Below, piece by piece: positions 1 through 8,895 of a stretch of DNA of 64,000 bases. A program made the position numbers and the translations under genes. The notes under the pieces are model-generated. The model was given only the letters and a program-made list of their open reading frames with translations. It was not told the DNA's origin and did not search any database. The stretch is from a virus (taxonomy: Duplodnaviria; Caudoviricetes), in the IMG/VR virus record IMGVR_UViG_3300033066_000386, positions 1-64,000 of that record. One strand, given 5' to 3'. Each line of letters opens with the position of its first letter. Positions within the stretch are counted from its first letter, which is position 1.

Positions 1-683
1 TTGCCCTTGCCGTGCTTCTCCTTGGCTTCCTCGATTTCATCGATGCCGGTGTCTTGCATGAGTGCCGTCATGTAGACGTGAGTCTGTAGGTCGAACTTCA
101 ATTGCCGCTGCATTTGCACCAAGTCGATCTTGGTTTTGGTCTTGTTCTCCTTGAGCTGGATATGCCCCTTGACCAAATCGACGCTATCGAATTTCCCCTT
201 GAGGTACACCACCCGGCCTGATGGGAGTTCGTAGGGAATGTGAAATACCCTCTCCTGCAAGATGGGTTCGCGTTTCACCACGTCTGGGTGCGCGGACCAA
301 TAGCGGACGTATTCTGGGAACTGAGTACAAACGATGCTGGCCCACTTGTGAATCTCGCCACGCTCTAGCGGAAAGCATCTATCCAGCTTGGTCACGTATT
401 CCGTTAGTCTACGTTCACCTAAAGACCCGTCATGGCATTCTTTTTCGGACCCGGCAAACGCTTCTTCCAAGACATGCCACATGTTGCCGAATTCAATCGC
501 GCGATTGAATCGCGGTATGGGCTGCCATCCTTCCACGAACTGGACCCTAAACCGTTCACGGCAGGATAGGAAATGGTTAATCATCCCCTGCGTGATGCCA
601 CCAAGTCTAGTCGAGTCTTCCGGCCCCTTCCATAGTGCTTCCGGCTCGGAGGAGGTTTTCAATCGCTGTGCTAGTGAAGGCAT
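1..683 (-). CDS. PD-(D/E)XK nuclease, Cas4/RecB-like exonuclease (3' end truncated by window edge)
   Basis: Manual translation from ATG at 683: MPSLAQRL...GITQGMINHFLSCRERF...FGNMWH...E...LKGKFDSVD...IQLKENKT...LQTHVY. It shows the PDDEXK_1-type E..D..ExK and QxxxY motifs. Absent from the ORF track because it runs off the edge. Confidence 0.75.
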   Translation of the reverse strand, partial: MPSLAQRLKTSSEPEALWKGPEDSTRLGGITQGMINHFLSCRERFRVQFVEGWQPIPRFNRAIEFGNMWHVLEEAFAGSEKECHDGSLGERRLTEYVTKLDRCFPLERGEIHKWASIVCTQFPEYVRYWSAHPDVVKREPILQERVFHIPYELPSGRVVYLKGKFDSVDLVKGHIQLKENKTKTKIDLVQMQRQLKFDLQTHVYMTALMQDTGIDEIEEAKEKHGKG

Positions 684-760
684 GTTGCCCGTCCTTTCGG
701 CTGAGGTGTCTACGTCTATTTTACCGTGTCTGACTACGTTACTCGCGCGAGTAGAACTGT

Positions 761-967
761 CTATCCGTCGCATTGTCTTTCAAATTTCACTTCCGCCAAC
801 ACCACTTTGAACTGCTTACTGGTACAAAATTCTTGTTTATTACGGACGTTGTACGACTCTACTTGGTCACGATATTCATCGAACGCCGTAGCATAGTCTT
901 CTGCCTGAGCAATCAAGCGGATGTCCTTGAACGGATACTTGCCGCAATCAATGACCATGTACATCAC
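761..967 (-). CDS. hypothetical protein
   Basis: 68-aa ORF whose start overlaps the stop of the upstream minus-strand gene. Confidence 0.55.
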   Translation of the reverse strand: MMYMVIDCGKYPFKDIRLIAQAEDYATAFDEYRDQVESYNVRNKQEFCTSKQFKVVLAEVKFERQCDG

Positions 968-1368
968 GCACTCCTGATATCTGGTTCCAATGCCGCTGCC
1001 TTCTCCAACGCTTCGATCATGGGCAGTGGGTTGCTCTCTTCGACGAATGCTCCGTAAGAAGATTCTTTAAAAGAACAATTCTCTTCATCATCGCACTTTT
1101 TCGACAACACTTTGAATAGAGGGCATGCTACACACTCGTCATTAATAAAGTGGTAGCACAAGGCGCAGGTAGAGTCGTCAATACTTAGCGAAGGGTAGTC
1201 CCCATCATTTTCTTCAATGAAGAAATCTCCTTGGGACAGTGCGTGCTTCTCTAGGTTCTCTTTCGTCAGCCCCCTCCACTTTCGTAGCGAGTGCTGCACG
1301 GCGTCCTCAACAGGAACCTCGTGGGCTGGGATCGGGTAAAACTCCGCTTTCCATGTCTCTAGGCTCAT
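964..1368 (-). CDS. hypothetical protein with CxxC pairs
   Basis: 134-aa ORF with 4-bp overlaps on both sides; CALC and CVAC motifs. Confidence 0.65.
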   Translation of the reverse strand: MSLETWKAEFYPIPAHEVPVEDAVQHSLRKWRGLTKENLEKHALSQGDFFIEENDGDYPSLSIDDSTCALCYHFINDECVACPLFKVLSKKCDDEENCSFKESSYGAFVEESNPLPMIEALEKAAALEPDIRSA

Positions 1369-1580
1369 GATTCACCCCTGAAATAGATTGTGAGGAACAG
1401 TCCTAACGCTATGACGAGAGCAGCCCCTACTGTGTACATCACGTTTCTAAGATTATCCCACCCTGAGGTAGACAGATTTTTGCTCTGATCATGAGCCGCA
1501 CAAACAAACGCACAGACAACGAGAAGAGCTGGCACGCACAGAATCGCCAATCCTACCCAGAACAAGTCAATCGTTATCAC
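1365..1580 (-). CDS. small membrane protein (2 TM)
   Basis: Two long hydrophobic stretches; 4-bp overlaps with neighbours. Confidence 0.65.
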   Translation of the reverse strand: MITIDLFWVGLAILCVPALLVVCAFVCAAHDQSKNLSTSGWDNLRNVMYTVGAALVIALGLFLTIYFRGES

Positions 1581-2152
1581 GTTCCACCTCCAATTTTGTA
1601 CAGGGCGTTTTGAAGTACTGCTACCACCTTTTTTACCATCAATGGACGATTGGGAACCGGGGTTTGTAGGATCGCACTGGGGTGAGCGATGTGGACGATT
1701 TCATGGGCTTCGCTAGCCATATCCACGGATAGGTGCAGCCACTCCTTCGAGAGCGAACCCACGCACACGATGAGCTTGGGCCTGCACATCTCCACCATCT
1801 CTTTTACCCGTGGCGAGCATTCCTTGATTGCTTTCTTGGGTGGACGATGGTCCTCCGTTTCCTTGGCCTCTTTCGGGAAACACCCCACGATGTTCGTATA
1901 GCAACGGGTGTAATCGCATTCCATCGATTCCCATACCGATTCCACGATCTGGTCAAGCATCTTCCCAGCCGGACCCACGAGGGGCTTGCCTAGTAGGTTC
2001 TCGGATTTACCAGGGGCTTCCGCGACGAATAGCACATCACAAGGGATTTCTCCTCGCGCGAGTACAACTCTGTTTCTATGCTCGGCTAGGGGGCAGGCTT
2101 GGCAGTTGGACCACTTGGCTACGTGGGCCTTCCATGTGTCATTGAGGCTCAC
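1577..2152 (-). CDS. uracil-DNA glycosylase, family 4 (Fe-S)
   Basis: CQACPLAEHRNRVVLARG..DVLFVAEAPGKSENLLGKPLVGPAGKML...YTNIVGCFP...C...HPS motifs. Start moved to GTG at 2152, which gives a GTGA overlap with the upstream stop. Confidence 0.88.
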   Translation of the reverse strand: MSLNDTWKAHVAKWSNCQACPLAEHRNRVVLARGEIPCDVLFVAEAPGKSENLLGKPLVGPAGKMLDQIVESVWESMECDYTRCYTNIVGCFPKEAKETEDHRPPKKAIKECSPRVKEMVEMCRPKLIVCVGSLSKEWLHLSVDMASEAHEIVHIAHPSAILQTPVPNRPLMVKKVVAVLQNALYKIGGGT

Positions 2153-2712
2153 AACTCCCCCTCTCGTTTGCGTCGGCAATACTCGGCGATTAGTGCCGCA
2201 TCTGCCGTGGCCAAGGTTATGGTGTCGTTCGGAAATAGCTTCATTGCTTCCGCGCGGAGTCGATTCTTCCACTCGTTCGTTGCCTCACCACCCACCTTCT
2301 TCTTCACCCTCTTGCCCTTGTTCTTCCCCTTGGTGATGACGTGATCCACGGTTTTGGTGTGGGGCTTGCGTTTGGGGATTCCTAGAGCCTTTTGCCACAC
2401 CCCCGGCACGATCTCCTCGAATGGAATACCGGCAGCGACGAGGGCCATCCTGAGTGCCCCGTAGCTCCGTCCGAACGAGAACATGGATGCCCCAGTATTC
2501 CCGGCCCCTCCCACGTAGCCGCTAACCTTTTCGAGCGTGGCAAATGCTCCCCCGCTTTTGCAAGCGTCCTTACCCAAGCTCTTCATGAAATCCCATAGGG
2601 AGTGATCGGTGAACGATTGGTAGGACCGATCCATCTTCCCATTGCGAATCACCACGATGCCCCCGCTATTGCCGGGGTCCACCCCGATGTAATACTTACT
2701 CAGCGTCGGCAT
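2149..2712 (-). CDS. RuvC-like Holliday junction resolvase
   Basis: IGVDPG, LEKV, FSFGRSYG, P..WQK and ADAALIA motifs of phage RuvC-like resolvases. Confidence 0.82.
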   Translation of the reverse strand: MPTLSKYYIGVDPGNSGGIVVIRNGKMDRSYQSFTDHSLWDFMKSLGKDACKSGGAFATLEKVSGYVGGAGNTGASMFSFGRSYGALRMALVAAGIPFEEIVPGVWQKALGIPKRKPHTKTVDHVITKGKNKGKRVKKKVGGEATNEWKNRLRAEAMKLFPNDTITLATADAALIAEYCRRKREGEL

Positions 2713-2896
2713 TGGTTTTCTCCGTTACATGCACCGTGAAAGACTTCGACCCTTCTTTGATTCGTACCGACTTGCCGTGTCTGCAAGCGGCATTGCGTAT
2801 CTGTTGCGGCATGGAGGATCGTGGGCAGGTGTAATCAATGCCATGCCGCAGCTTAAACGACTCTTTGGCGAACAGCTCTTTCCACTTATGACGCAT
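2696..2896 (-). CDS. hypothetical protein
   Basis: 66-aa basic ORF in the operon. Confidence 0.55.
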   Translation of the reverse strand: MRHKWKELFAKESFKLRHGIDYTCPRSSMPQQIRNAACRHGKSVRIKEGSKSFTVHVTEKTNADAE

Positions 2897-3083
2897 GGCC
2901 CGTCTCCAAGCTATCGAGAACCGCGCGGGCGTGATAGCGTCGGTCCATGTTCTTGATGATGTTCTCCAAGCTGTTCACCGGCTCCGCTTCGAGCAGGCAC
3001 TCCACCGCCTCAACCAACCTGCCTTGATTGGTCTTGAGGGATTGGATTTTCAAATACAGAGCATAGCTATCGTGTTTACGCAT
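2886..3083 (-). CDS. hypothetical protein
   Basis: 65-aa ORF in the operon. Confidence 0.5.
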   Translation of the reverse strand: MRKHDSYALYLKIQSLKTNQGRLVEAVECLLEAEPVNSLENIIKNMDRRYHARAVLDSLETGHAS

Positions 3084-3459
3084 TTTCCCATTCCTTTCGT
3101 GGGCAGAACCATTCGTCTTTGAGGAAGTGACCGATGGCTACGATGCCACCGCCCAAGCCCTCGTGGAGAACCCGAATGGGTCGTCCTTCGATCTTTTCCC
3201 ATTCCTCAACTCCGCACACCTTGGCACACCGGACAATGAACTCCGCAGCGTACCCCTTTATGAACATCACATTGTTCTCGTCTCGTCTACCGAGCATGTA
3301 GCCACCGAATCCACAACCTCCGCTGCCGAACTCCGTGAACAACCACCCCGATAGGCATCCGTGATCGGCGATGCTTAGGGACACGCTCGTAACGATGGCG
3401 TTATCCACCGCAAGCTTTCTTCCGCTTCGGTCTGTTGTTGGCAATTCATCGAACTTCAT
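3076..3459 (-). CDS. phage hypothetical protein
   Basis: NAIVTSVSL...DHGCLSGWL...GGCGFGGY; start placed at ATG 3459. Confidence 0.65.
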   Translation of the reverse strand: MKFDELPTTDRSGRKLAVDNAIVTSVSLSIADHGCLSGWLFTEFGSGGCGFGGYMLGRRDENNVMFIKGYAAEFIVRCAKVCGVEEWEKIEGRPIRVLHEGLGGGIVAIGHFLKDEWFCPRKEWENA

Positions 3460-3681
3460 TTTCCACCTCCGTTTGTAGTCGCGCGAGTAGAATTGAGCAA
3501 TTCGTTTCCCATTTTGCATTCCTTTCCGTAAGTCGTTATTGTGCAATGGTTTGAGTTGGCATCCGTTTTAAGGCCCCTAGCGTGCGTTTCTAGGCACTCC
3601 AAGGTCAAGGCGTCCGATACCCCTACTTGCCCTCTCCGAATGCCTGGGGAGTGGCAAAATAGGGGGTAGAATGTGTGTTTT

Positions 3682-4125
3682 CTAGGTCAAGTTAGCGGCA
3701 GTGTCTTCGTCGTCCTGTCGTTGATTGGACTTGGTTTGTGCGTCGTTTTTCAACGTCCACAAGCCTCTTGAGATTCTACTAAACATGTCTTTTCTTCGGA
3801 ACAAGCAAGCGTAAACCGTATCGGCCAACAGGTGTATGCTTTTGTTTTTCGTCTTGTAACCACCCTCAGCTAAAATCTTGGCTATCTCCAAGGCTTTCAT
3901 TGGCCGATTTTGTTCCTTGAGAATTTCAATGGCGGCGTCCTGAATGTTGTGGAATATTTTGAATCGGTGGCACACCTCTGGGTCAGAGTTTTGTGGAGGC
4001 AGACTGCTTCTTAGATAGGCTATTAGCCTGCGTAAATTTTCGGTTTCAGCCTCGGCGGCAGACAGGTCTATCTCCGCTTGCTTTAGAATGCTGGCCTTAG
4101 TTTCGGCATCCATTTTCATCACCAT
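3682..4125 (-). CDS. coiled-coil plus winged-helix (HARE-HTH-like) DNA-binding protein
   Basis: N-terminal heptad helix, then AIEILKEQNRPMKALEIAKIL...VYACL...FSRISRGLWTL; visibly AT-richer than its neighbours. Confidence 0.6.
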   Translation of the reverse strand: MVMKMDAETKASILKQAEIDLSAAEAETENLRRLIAYLRSSLPPQNSDPEVCHRFKIFHNIQDAAIEILKEQNRPMKALEIAKILAEGGYKTKNKSIHLLADTVYACLFRRKDMFSRISRGLWTLKNDAQTKSNQRQDDEDTAANLT

Positions 4126-4152
4126 GTAAAGTCGCGCGAATCGTGTAATCGT

Positions 4153-6486
4153 TTAGACGACGTAGCAAAGCTCCTCAATGGCTCTGGTTATCATCACGTA
4201 CCGCAGGTTGTTGTTTTGCTCACGCTCCCAGTCCGCTTGCTTTTTGCGTTGGAAGCGTAGGGATATGGGGTCGAGAATAAATACCCGGCGTGCCTCAAGC
4301 CCCTTGGCCTTGTGACCGCTGGAGAATCGTACCCCCGGACTCTTGCGATCATCCGTGAATACCGAGTCGATCTTGGTGAGGATTTGCGTCGTGTTGGTCA
4401 CGCCGTCGGAGAAGGCAAGGATGCAGTCAGCCTTGTCTTGTAGACCGACGATGCGATTTTCGTTGGGGTGTTTTTTCGCTTGCTCCTTCTCAATCTCGGC
4501 ATGCAGCCAATCATCAAGCTTGCCCACGAACTCCGCTATCGGCATGGGCTTGTCGCCGCCATCGTATTCCTTGCCTGCCAACTTGCGGATGAGAGAGCTA
4601 AGCCCCTGCCCCACGTCTCGACCCTGAATGTTAGCTTTGATGCCACGCTTCAGGAATTTGAAGCATTGGGATACAAGCGGGGCATTGTGGCGGCATAGGA
4701 CCATATCACCGGCCTTGACCAATGGCCCGTAGGTTTTCTCCCACGGCAATTCTTCGAGTCCGTCAATGGTCTTTTGCAGCGTGTACAAAGCTTCGGTGAT
4801 GACGCCTTCGGGGTTGCTCTCGTGGGCCTCAAACGCTGGCACGTAGGCTTGAGCCTCTTTGACGATGGCCTTGCCGCACCTCCGAGTCACGGTTAGGGGG
4901 ATGACTTGTAATCCGCGCGGAGAGTTGCCCAACCGTTCATGTAGACTTTCCATTGATTTCGAGTCGCTGCCCGCAAAACTGTAAATGCTTTGCTTTTTGT
5001 CGCCCACAAAAATTAGACGCTTGCCGGAGCGTAGGGCTAGCTCTTGCTGGACCTTACTCAAATCCTGACACTCATCGACAAGCAACATGTCATATTGCTG
5101 CATCGGCAGGTCCAACGCTACCGGCAGCCAGACCATATCGTTGAAGTCGATGAGGCTATCCCTACTAACGTCCTTGCACCGTTCGATGACCTGTGGGATG
5201 AGGTCGAGAATCCGCTCCCTACTGCCGTTCACGTCGATGTCGTAGTATTCGATCAAGTCGTTTAGACTCGCGCGAGTAGAAATGCCTTCTTCATCCGTCT
5301 TGGGCAGCCCCATGCAAATCAAATTCATCTTGGCCAGGGCTACCAGCGTCTCCGTGGTGCGGACCAATGCAGATAGCTTGGGGTCCTTACGTACCGCTCG
5401 GCTATCGACCCCAAGGATATCGCATAGGAAGTTATTCACCCTCCACTTGCCACGATCCCCGGCGTCTACCCGTGGGAATGACTTTCGGATCGCGCGGAAC
5501 CCCAGCGAGTGCATGGTCAGGGCCTCCACCCCTTGTGGCACTCTAGATTGCAATTCGGTAGCGATGGCTTTGTTGAACGCGCACATGCCAACCGTTTTGG
5601 CAACTCCCCTGCTCAAAGCCATCGAATCCCACACTTGACGCTGTTGAGGAGAGGGAGTGAGTTTGCTTTCCCCGCCCATGACGTAATGCAGCCCCTCGAT
5701 CAGTGTGGTAGATTTTCCCACGCCCGCGAACGCTTCCACGATGACGTGGGGGGCGTTGTCTTCCTTCGTGGCTAGGCGTGATGCCAGCCCTGATTTAGAG
5801 GACGTTGGCGAGGATGTAACCGATGAAGGCGAGAGCGATTCCACCGATGGAACGGGGAAAGGGCGGCTTTGCTCACCCTCCGATTTCAACGCTTGCTTGA
5901 TTTCCTTTTCTTCCACCTGCTCGCAGATGGCAACCCGATGACCTTCCCGCAGCAACTTGTGCAGGTAGGTTTCGAGTTGGTGGTAGGGGAACCCCGACAT
6001 AGACAATTCCGCGCGGTTCGTTACCGTCAAGCCGAGAACCTTGCCTAGAATCTTGGCGTCTTCGTTGTAGGCTTCATAGAAGTCGCCCATGCGGAATAAG
6101 CAAATCATTTCTGGATGCTTAGCCTTCGCCTCTTCCCATTGCTTGAAGACGTTGGACTTGCTGAACGAGGTGTCAATCACCACGTCAGAGGGCTTTACGC
6201 TTTCTGTTGAGGGTTCGGAAGATGTGGATGGAGCGACAATAGAGGCAGGTTCCTTCTCCGTCGCAATCGCAGTGACCGTAGGGGTAGGGTTTGGGCAATT
6301 CTCACCCTCCAGCGAACGGAACTTTGCCGCCGACTTGAATACCGTCTTGCGATTGGTGGTTAGGTTGGTGACGTGGTAGCGTGTGCCGCTGGAGGTGTCG
6401 TCTATTGCATCGACTCGAACGGTGGTGAGCTTGTTGTTGACTTTGGCTTGATACGTGCCGCCGACTTGGATTTGATCTGCTTCCAT
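4153..6486 (-). CDS. SF1A (UvrD/Rep-like) helicase with N-terminal SH3/Tudor-like and MutS domain I modules
   Basis: MutS-I: KHPEMICLFRMGDFYEAY..GFPYHQLETYL..GHRVAICEQ. Helicase motifs: AFAGVGKST, AFNKAIA, VDECQD, VGDKKQSIYSFAG, TRRC, HKAKGLE, NLRYVMITRA. Confidence 0.88.
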   Translation of the reverse strand: MEADQIQVGGTYQAKVNNKLTTVRVDAIDDTSSGTRYHVTNLTTNRKTVFKSAAKFRSLEGENCPNPTPTVTAIATEKEPASIVAPSTSSEPSTESVKPSDVVIDTSFSKSNVFKQWEEAKAKHPEMICLFRMGDFYEAYNEDAKILGKVLGLTVTNRAELSMSGFPYHQLETYLHKLLREGHRVAICEQVEEKEIKQALKSEGEQSRPFPVPSVESLSPSSVTSSPTSSKSGLASRLATKEDNAPHVIVEAFAGVGKSTTLIEGLHYVMGGESKLTPSPQQRQVWDSMALSRGVAKTVGMCAFNKAIATELQSRVPQGVEALTMHSLGFRAIRKSFPRVDAGDRGKWRVNNFLCDILGVDSRAVRKDPKLSALVRTTETLVALAKMNLICMGLPKTDEEGISTRASLNDLIEYYDIDVNGSRERILDLIPQVIERCKDVSRDSLIDFNDMVWLPVALDLPMQQYDMLLVDECQDLSKVQQELALRSGKRLIFVGDKKQSIYSFAGSDSKSMESLHERLGNSPRGLQVIPLTVTRRCGKAIVKEAQAYVPAFEAHESNPEGVITEALYTLQKTIDGLEELPWEKTYGPLVKAGDMVLCRHNAPLVSQCFKFLKRGIKANIQGRDVGQGLSSLIRKLAGKEYDGGDKPMPIAEFVGKLDDWLHAEIEKEQAKKHPNENRIVGLQDKADCILAFSDGVTNTTQILTKIDSVFTDDRKSPGVRFSSGHKAKGLEARRVFILDPISLRFQRKKQADWEREQNNNLRYVMITRAIEELCYVV

Positions 6487-6637
6487 CTCTCGACTCCTTG
6501 TTTACCCCACTTGGCCCCTGCGAATAAGTTTCGCGTGGAACATCACCAAGTGGTGGTTAACTCGTCTCAAGTAGTATACCACTTCTTTCGAGAATAGGTA
6601 TACCTATTTTTCCGGAATTGCGAAATTAATTTTCGAT

Positions 6638-6708
6638 AGCGGGCAGAGGGAATCGAACCCTCGTCCTCGACTCAATAAAAGCCGACTCTACCATTGAGTT
6701 ATGCCCGC
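6638..6708 (-). tRNA. atypical tRNA or tRNA-like element (Gly-like body, apparent TAT anticodon)
   Basis: GCGGGCA/TGCCCGC acceptor stem; ACTC-AATGGTA-GAGT D arm; CGGCT-TTTATTG-AGTCG anticodon arm; GAGGG-TTCGATT-CCCTC T arm. No nt 26 and no encoded CCA. Confidence 0.65.
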
Positions 6709-6714
6709 TCGATG

Positions 6715-8259
6715 CTACTTTTTCCGTTCCTTGACCTTGATGGAATTGCTCACCTCATCCTGCGTGGCCAAGCCGATGCGTAGGCCCTTTTCCTTGAGGC
6801 GTGCGAAGTTCTCGTCGAGGTCTTTGATCGGGAACCGGAGCAGCATCATGCCGTTGTGCTTGTCCACCTCCGTGACCAATCCAAGTTCCAGGGCTGCGGT
6901 CTGGGCTTGGTCCTGCCAGATGGTAACGCGGTTGGGTCCGACATAGAACAAGAGCAGGTCGGGGTGTGCGGCTTGTAGCGTGGCCACGTCTTCCCGTGCC
7001 TGATCCGCCTTGCTCTTTTTCTTTTCCGGTTTTTCCTCGGTCGTATCGGGTTCGTCTTGGCTGTCCTCTTTCTTGCCGCCTAGGTCGATTCCACCAACTT
7101 TGGGGAACTCGATCAGCTTCTTGTGGCCGTCTTCATCGGGGTCGCTGTACTTGAGTTCCAAGCTCTCCACCTTGATTTTCTTACCGGCCTTGAAGTCATT
7201 CCATGCCTTGAGGACGATGCCGATCTTCTCGTTGGAGCTTGGGTTGCCCTCCCCGTTCTCGTTGTAGAGTCCGGCTAGCGCGGTTCGCACTCCATCCATC
7301 ACTTCGCTGCCGCCAGCCATCAAAGTCCAAAACTCTTGAGCTTTGTCCCAGTTGTCCATGTTGAGGGTTGATTCCTTGCGTCCCTTGGCTTCGTATTTCT
7401 TAGGGTCACTATCGCTAGCTGCCATGAGGTAAAGGAACGCGCTGGCGTAACCCGCTGGCATGCGTGCCGAGTTGATGGCCCAGTTAGAACTGTATTCGTC
7501 CCAAATGTGCTTGACCGCGTGCTTGAGCTTGGGATGACGTTCCACGAAGTCGCACGCTTCGGAGTTGGACAAGTGCGGGGTCAATTCATCGTCCTTGGCT
7601 CCGGTTCGTCCCCACAGCAAGCGAATGGCGTTGCCCATCATCTTGGTTAATACCTTGCGATCCGCTGAGGAAGCTTTGGCGAATAGTGTGGTGTCGGTGC
7701 AGAACACGTCGCCGAGATCGCGCGGACGAACATTGTCGAGCGTGCGGGTAACGTGGGGGTGTTCACCGATGCCGTAGACGAGTAGGCATTCCATCGTCGG
7801 CTCGGTCTCCCATTTCTTCTTCCAGTGATCGGCTTGCGGTCCTGCCCACGTCTCCGCAGCCTTGCACAAGGCAATCAATCGATGCTGGCCGGAGAGAACT
7901 TGCCCAGTCGTGCTGATGTTGACGGTTTCCCCGTTAATCGTCATGCCCTCACCGTTGCGGCTATCGGCCCAATTGCGGTTGAGGATGTCTTGGGCTAACT
8001 GTGCGGACCAGCTATCAGTATAGGGCCGATTGTGCTGGTTATTCTCGCATCGGACCTTCTTGCCGGTCAAGGTGGTCAACCCATCCGGTACGGATTCGGT
8101 AACGCCTTCCCCCTCTTGCCAGCCCAGCAACTCCTTGGCTTGGGCCACGGTGAGGGCGTTGTCGCCTAGACGTAGCTCGGTTCTCAATTCTGGGTGGATG
8201 ACGGCCCGGTCGCTCTTGCTAGCGTTGGACTTCTCGGTGGTCTTGTTTCGTGGCGGCAT
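6715..8259 (-). CDS. ParB-like N-terminal domain protein with C-terminal degenerate MutS-I-like domain
   Basis: HNRPY...INGETV...VLSGQHRLIA resembles ParB/Srx-like phage proteins. The C-terminus AAHPDLLLFYVG...RFP...LKEKGLRIGLA aligns by eye to MutS-I. Start placed at ATG 8259 (GGAG upstream). Confidence 0.6.
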   Translation of the reverse strand: MPPRNKTTEKSNASKSDRAVIHPELRTELRLGDNALTVAQAKELLGWQEGEGVTESVPDGLTTLTGKKVRCENNQHNRPYTDSWSAQLAQDILNRNWADSRNGEGMTINGETVNISTTGQVLSGQHRLIALCKAAETWAGPQADHWKKKWETEPTMECLLVYGIGEHPHVTRTLDNVRPRDLGDVFCTDTTLFAKASSADRKVLTKMMGNAIRLLWGRTGAKDDELTPHLSNSEACDFVERHPKLKHAVKHIWDEYSSNWAINSARMPAGYASAFLYLMAASDSDPKKYEAKGRKESTLNMDNWDKAQEFWTLMAGGSEVMDGVRTALAGLYNENGEGNPSSNEKIGIVLKAWNDFKAGKKIKVESLELKYSDPDEDGHKKLIEFPKVGGIDLGGKKEDSQDEPDTTEEKPEKKKSKADQAREDVATLQAAHPDLLLFYVGPNRVTIWQDQAQTAALELGLVTEVDKHNGMMLLRFPIKDLDENFARLKEKGLRIGLATQDEVSNSIKVKERKK

Positions 8260-8303
8260 AACTGATCTTGCTCCTAATTGGTTTTTACTCGCGCGAGTAG
8301 AAC

Positions 8304-8537
8304 TCACGAAAATAGTGATTCATTGGTGACGGTTACAGGCTTCTTCGGGCGATTCAGGATGGTCGGGTCGTCCACGATGGACTGCTTGCAATGGACGCAC
8401 ACGGGAATCTCCTTGGCTATTTCCGTGTGCGCGGTGGGCTTGCCGAAGATGTCCTTACGGTATCGCATGATCGTATGCTTGATCTGCAATTGCCCGTGCG
8501 GCACATGTCTTCGGCAAAGTTGGCATCGATAAGACAC
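8304..8537 (-). CDS. small Zn-finger protein
   Basis: CQLC...CVHC. Confidence 0.6.
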   Translation of the reverse strand: MSYRCQLCRRHVPHGQLQIKHTIMRYRKDIFGKPTAHTEIAKEIPVCVHCKQSIVDDPTILNRPKKPVTVTNESLFS

Positions 8538-8585
8538 TTATTCCCCCTCTCTAGGATTGTTTCTTTTCGAGTCTACCACACATGG

Positions 8586-8837
8586 CTAGACCTTCTTGCG
8601 CAGAATTCTTTTCCCGCCACCACAACGTTGGTACTTGATTCCGTCCTCTTCCGTGTCATGCTCGCGGCCCCACATCAGCATTGCTTGCAGGTTCTCGCGG
8701 TCGTCCTCGTCGTCGAATAGGGACGATTGACGCTGTTCGAGCAGGAGTTGACGGGCCTCACGAATCTCCTGAGAGGTGATTAACCCGAACAATCGGTTCT
8801 GTGCGCTGACGGTTTCTTTCTCTTTTTTCTTGAACAT
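8586..8837 (-). CDS. hypothetical protein
   Basis: 83-aa ORF with an AAGGA RBS upstream. Confidence 0.55.
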   Translation of the reverse strand: MFKKKEKETVSAQNRLFGLITSQEIREARQLLLEQRQSSLFDDEDDRENLQAMLMWGREHDTEEDGIKYQRCGGGKRILRKKV

Positions 8838-8895
8838 GGTAACGTCCTTTCTACTTAGGGTGGGGGGGCGAAAATACGTTTCTAGTCGCGCGAGT

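Noticed and set aside
1-683. Cas4-like nuclease as evidence of a CRISPR-Cas locus
   Set aside because: It is a solo PD-(D/E)XK nuclease in a recombination cluster, with no array or other cas genes.
1577-2272. 5' extensions given by the ORF track (UDG 2272, protease 39634, ParB-like 8307, HNH 29546, endonuclease VII 34192)
   Set aside because: They overlap upstream genes or regulatory DNA; downstream starts with RBS or stop-start overlaps are better supported.
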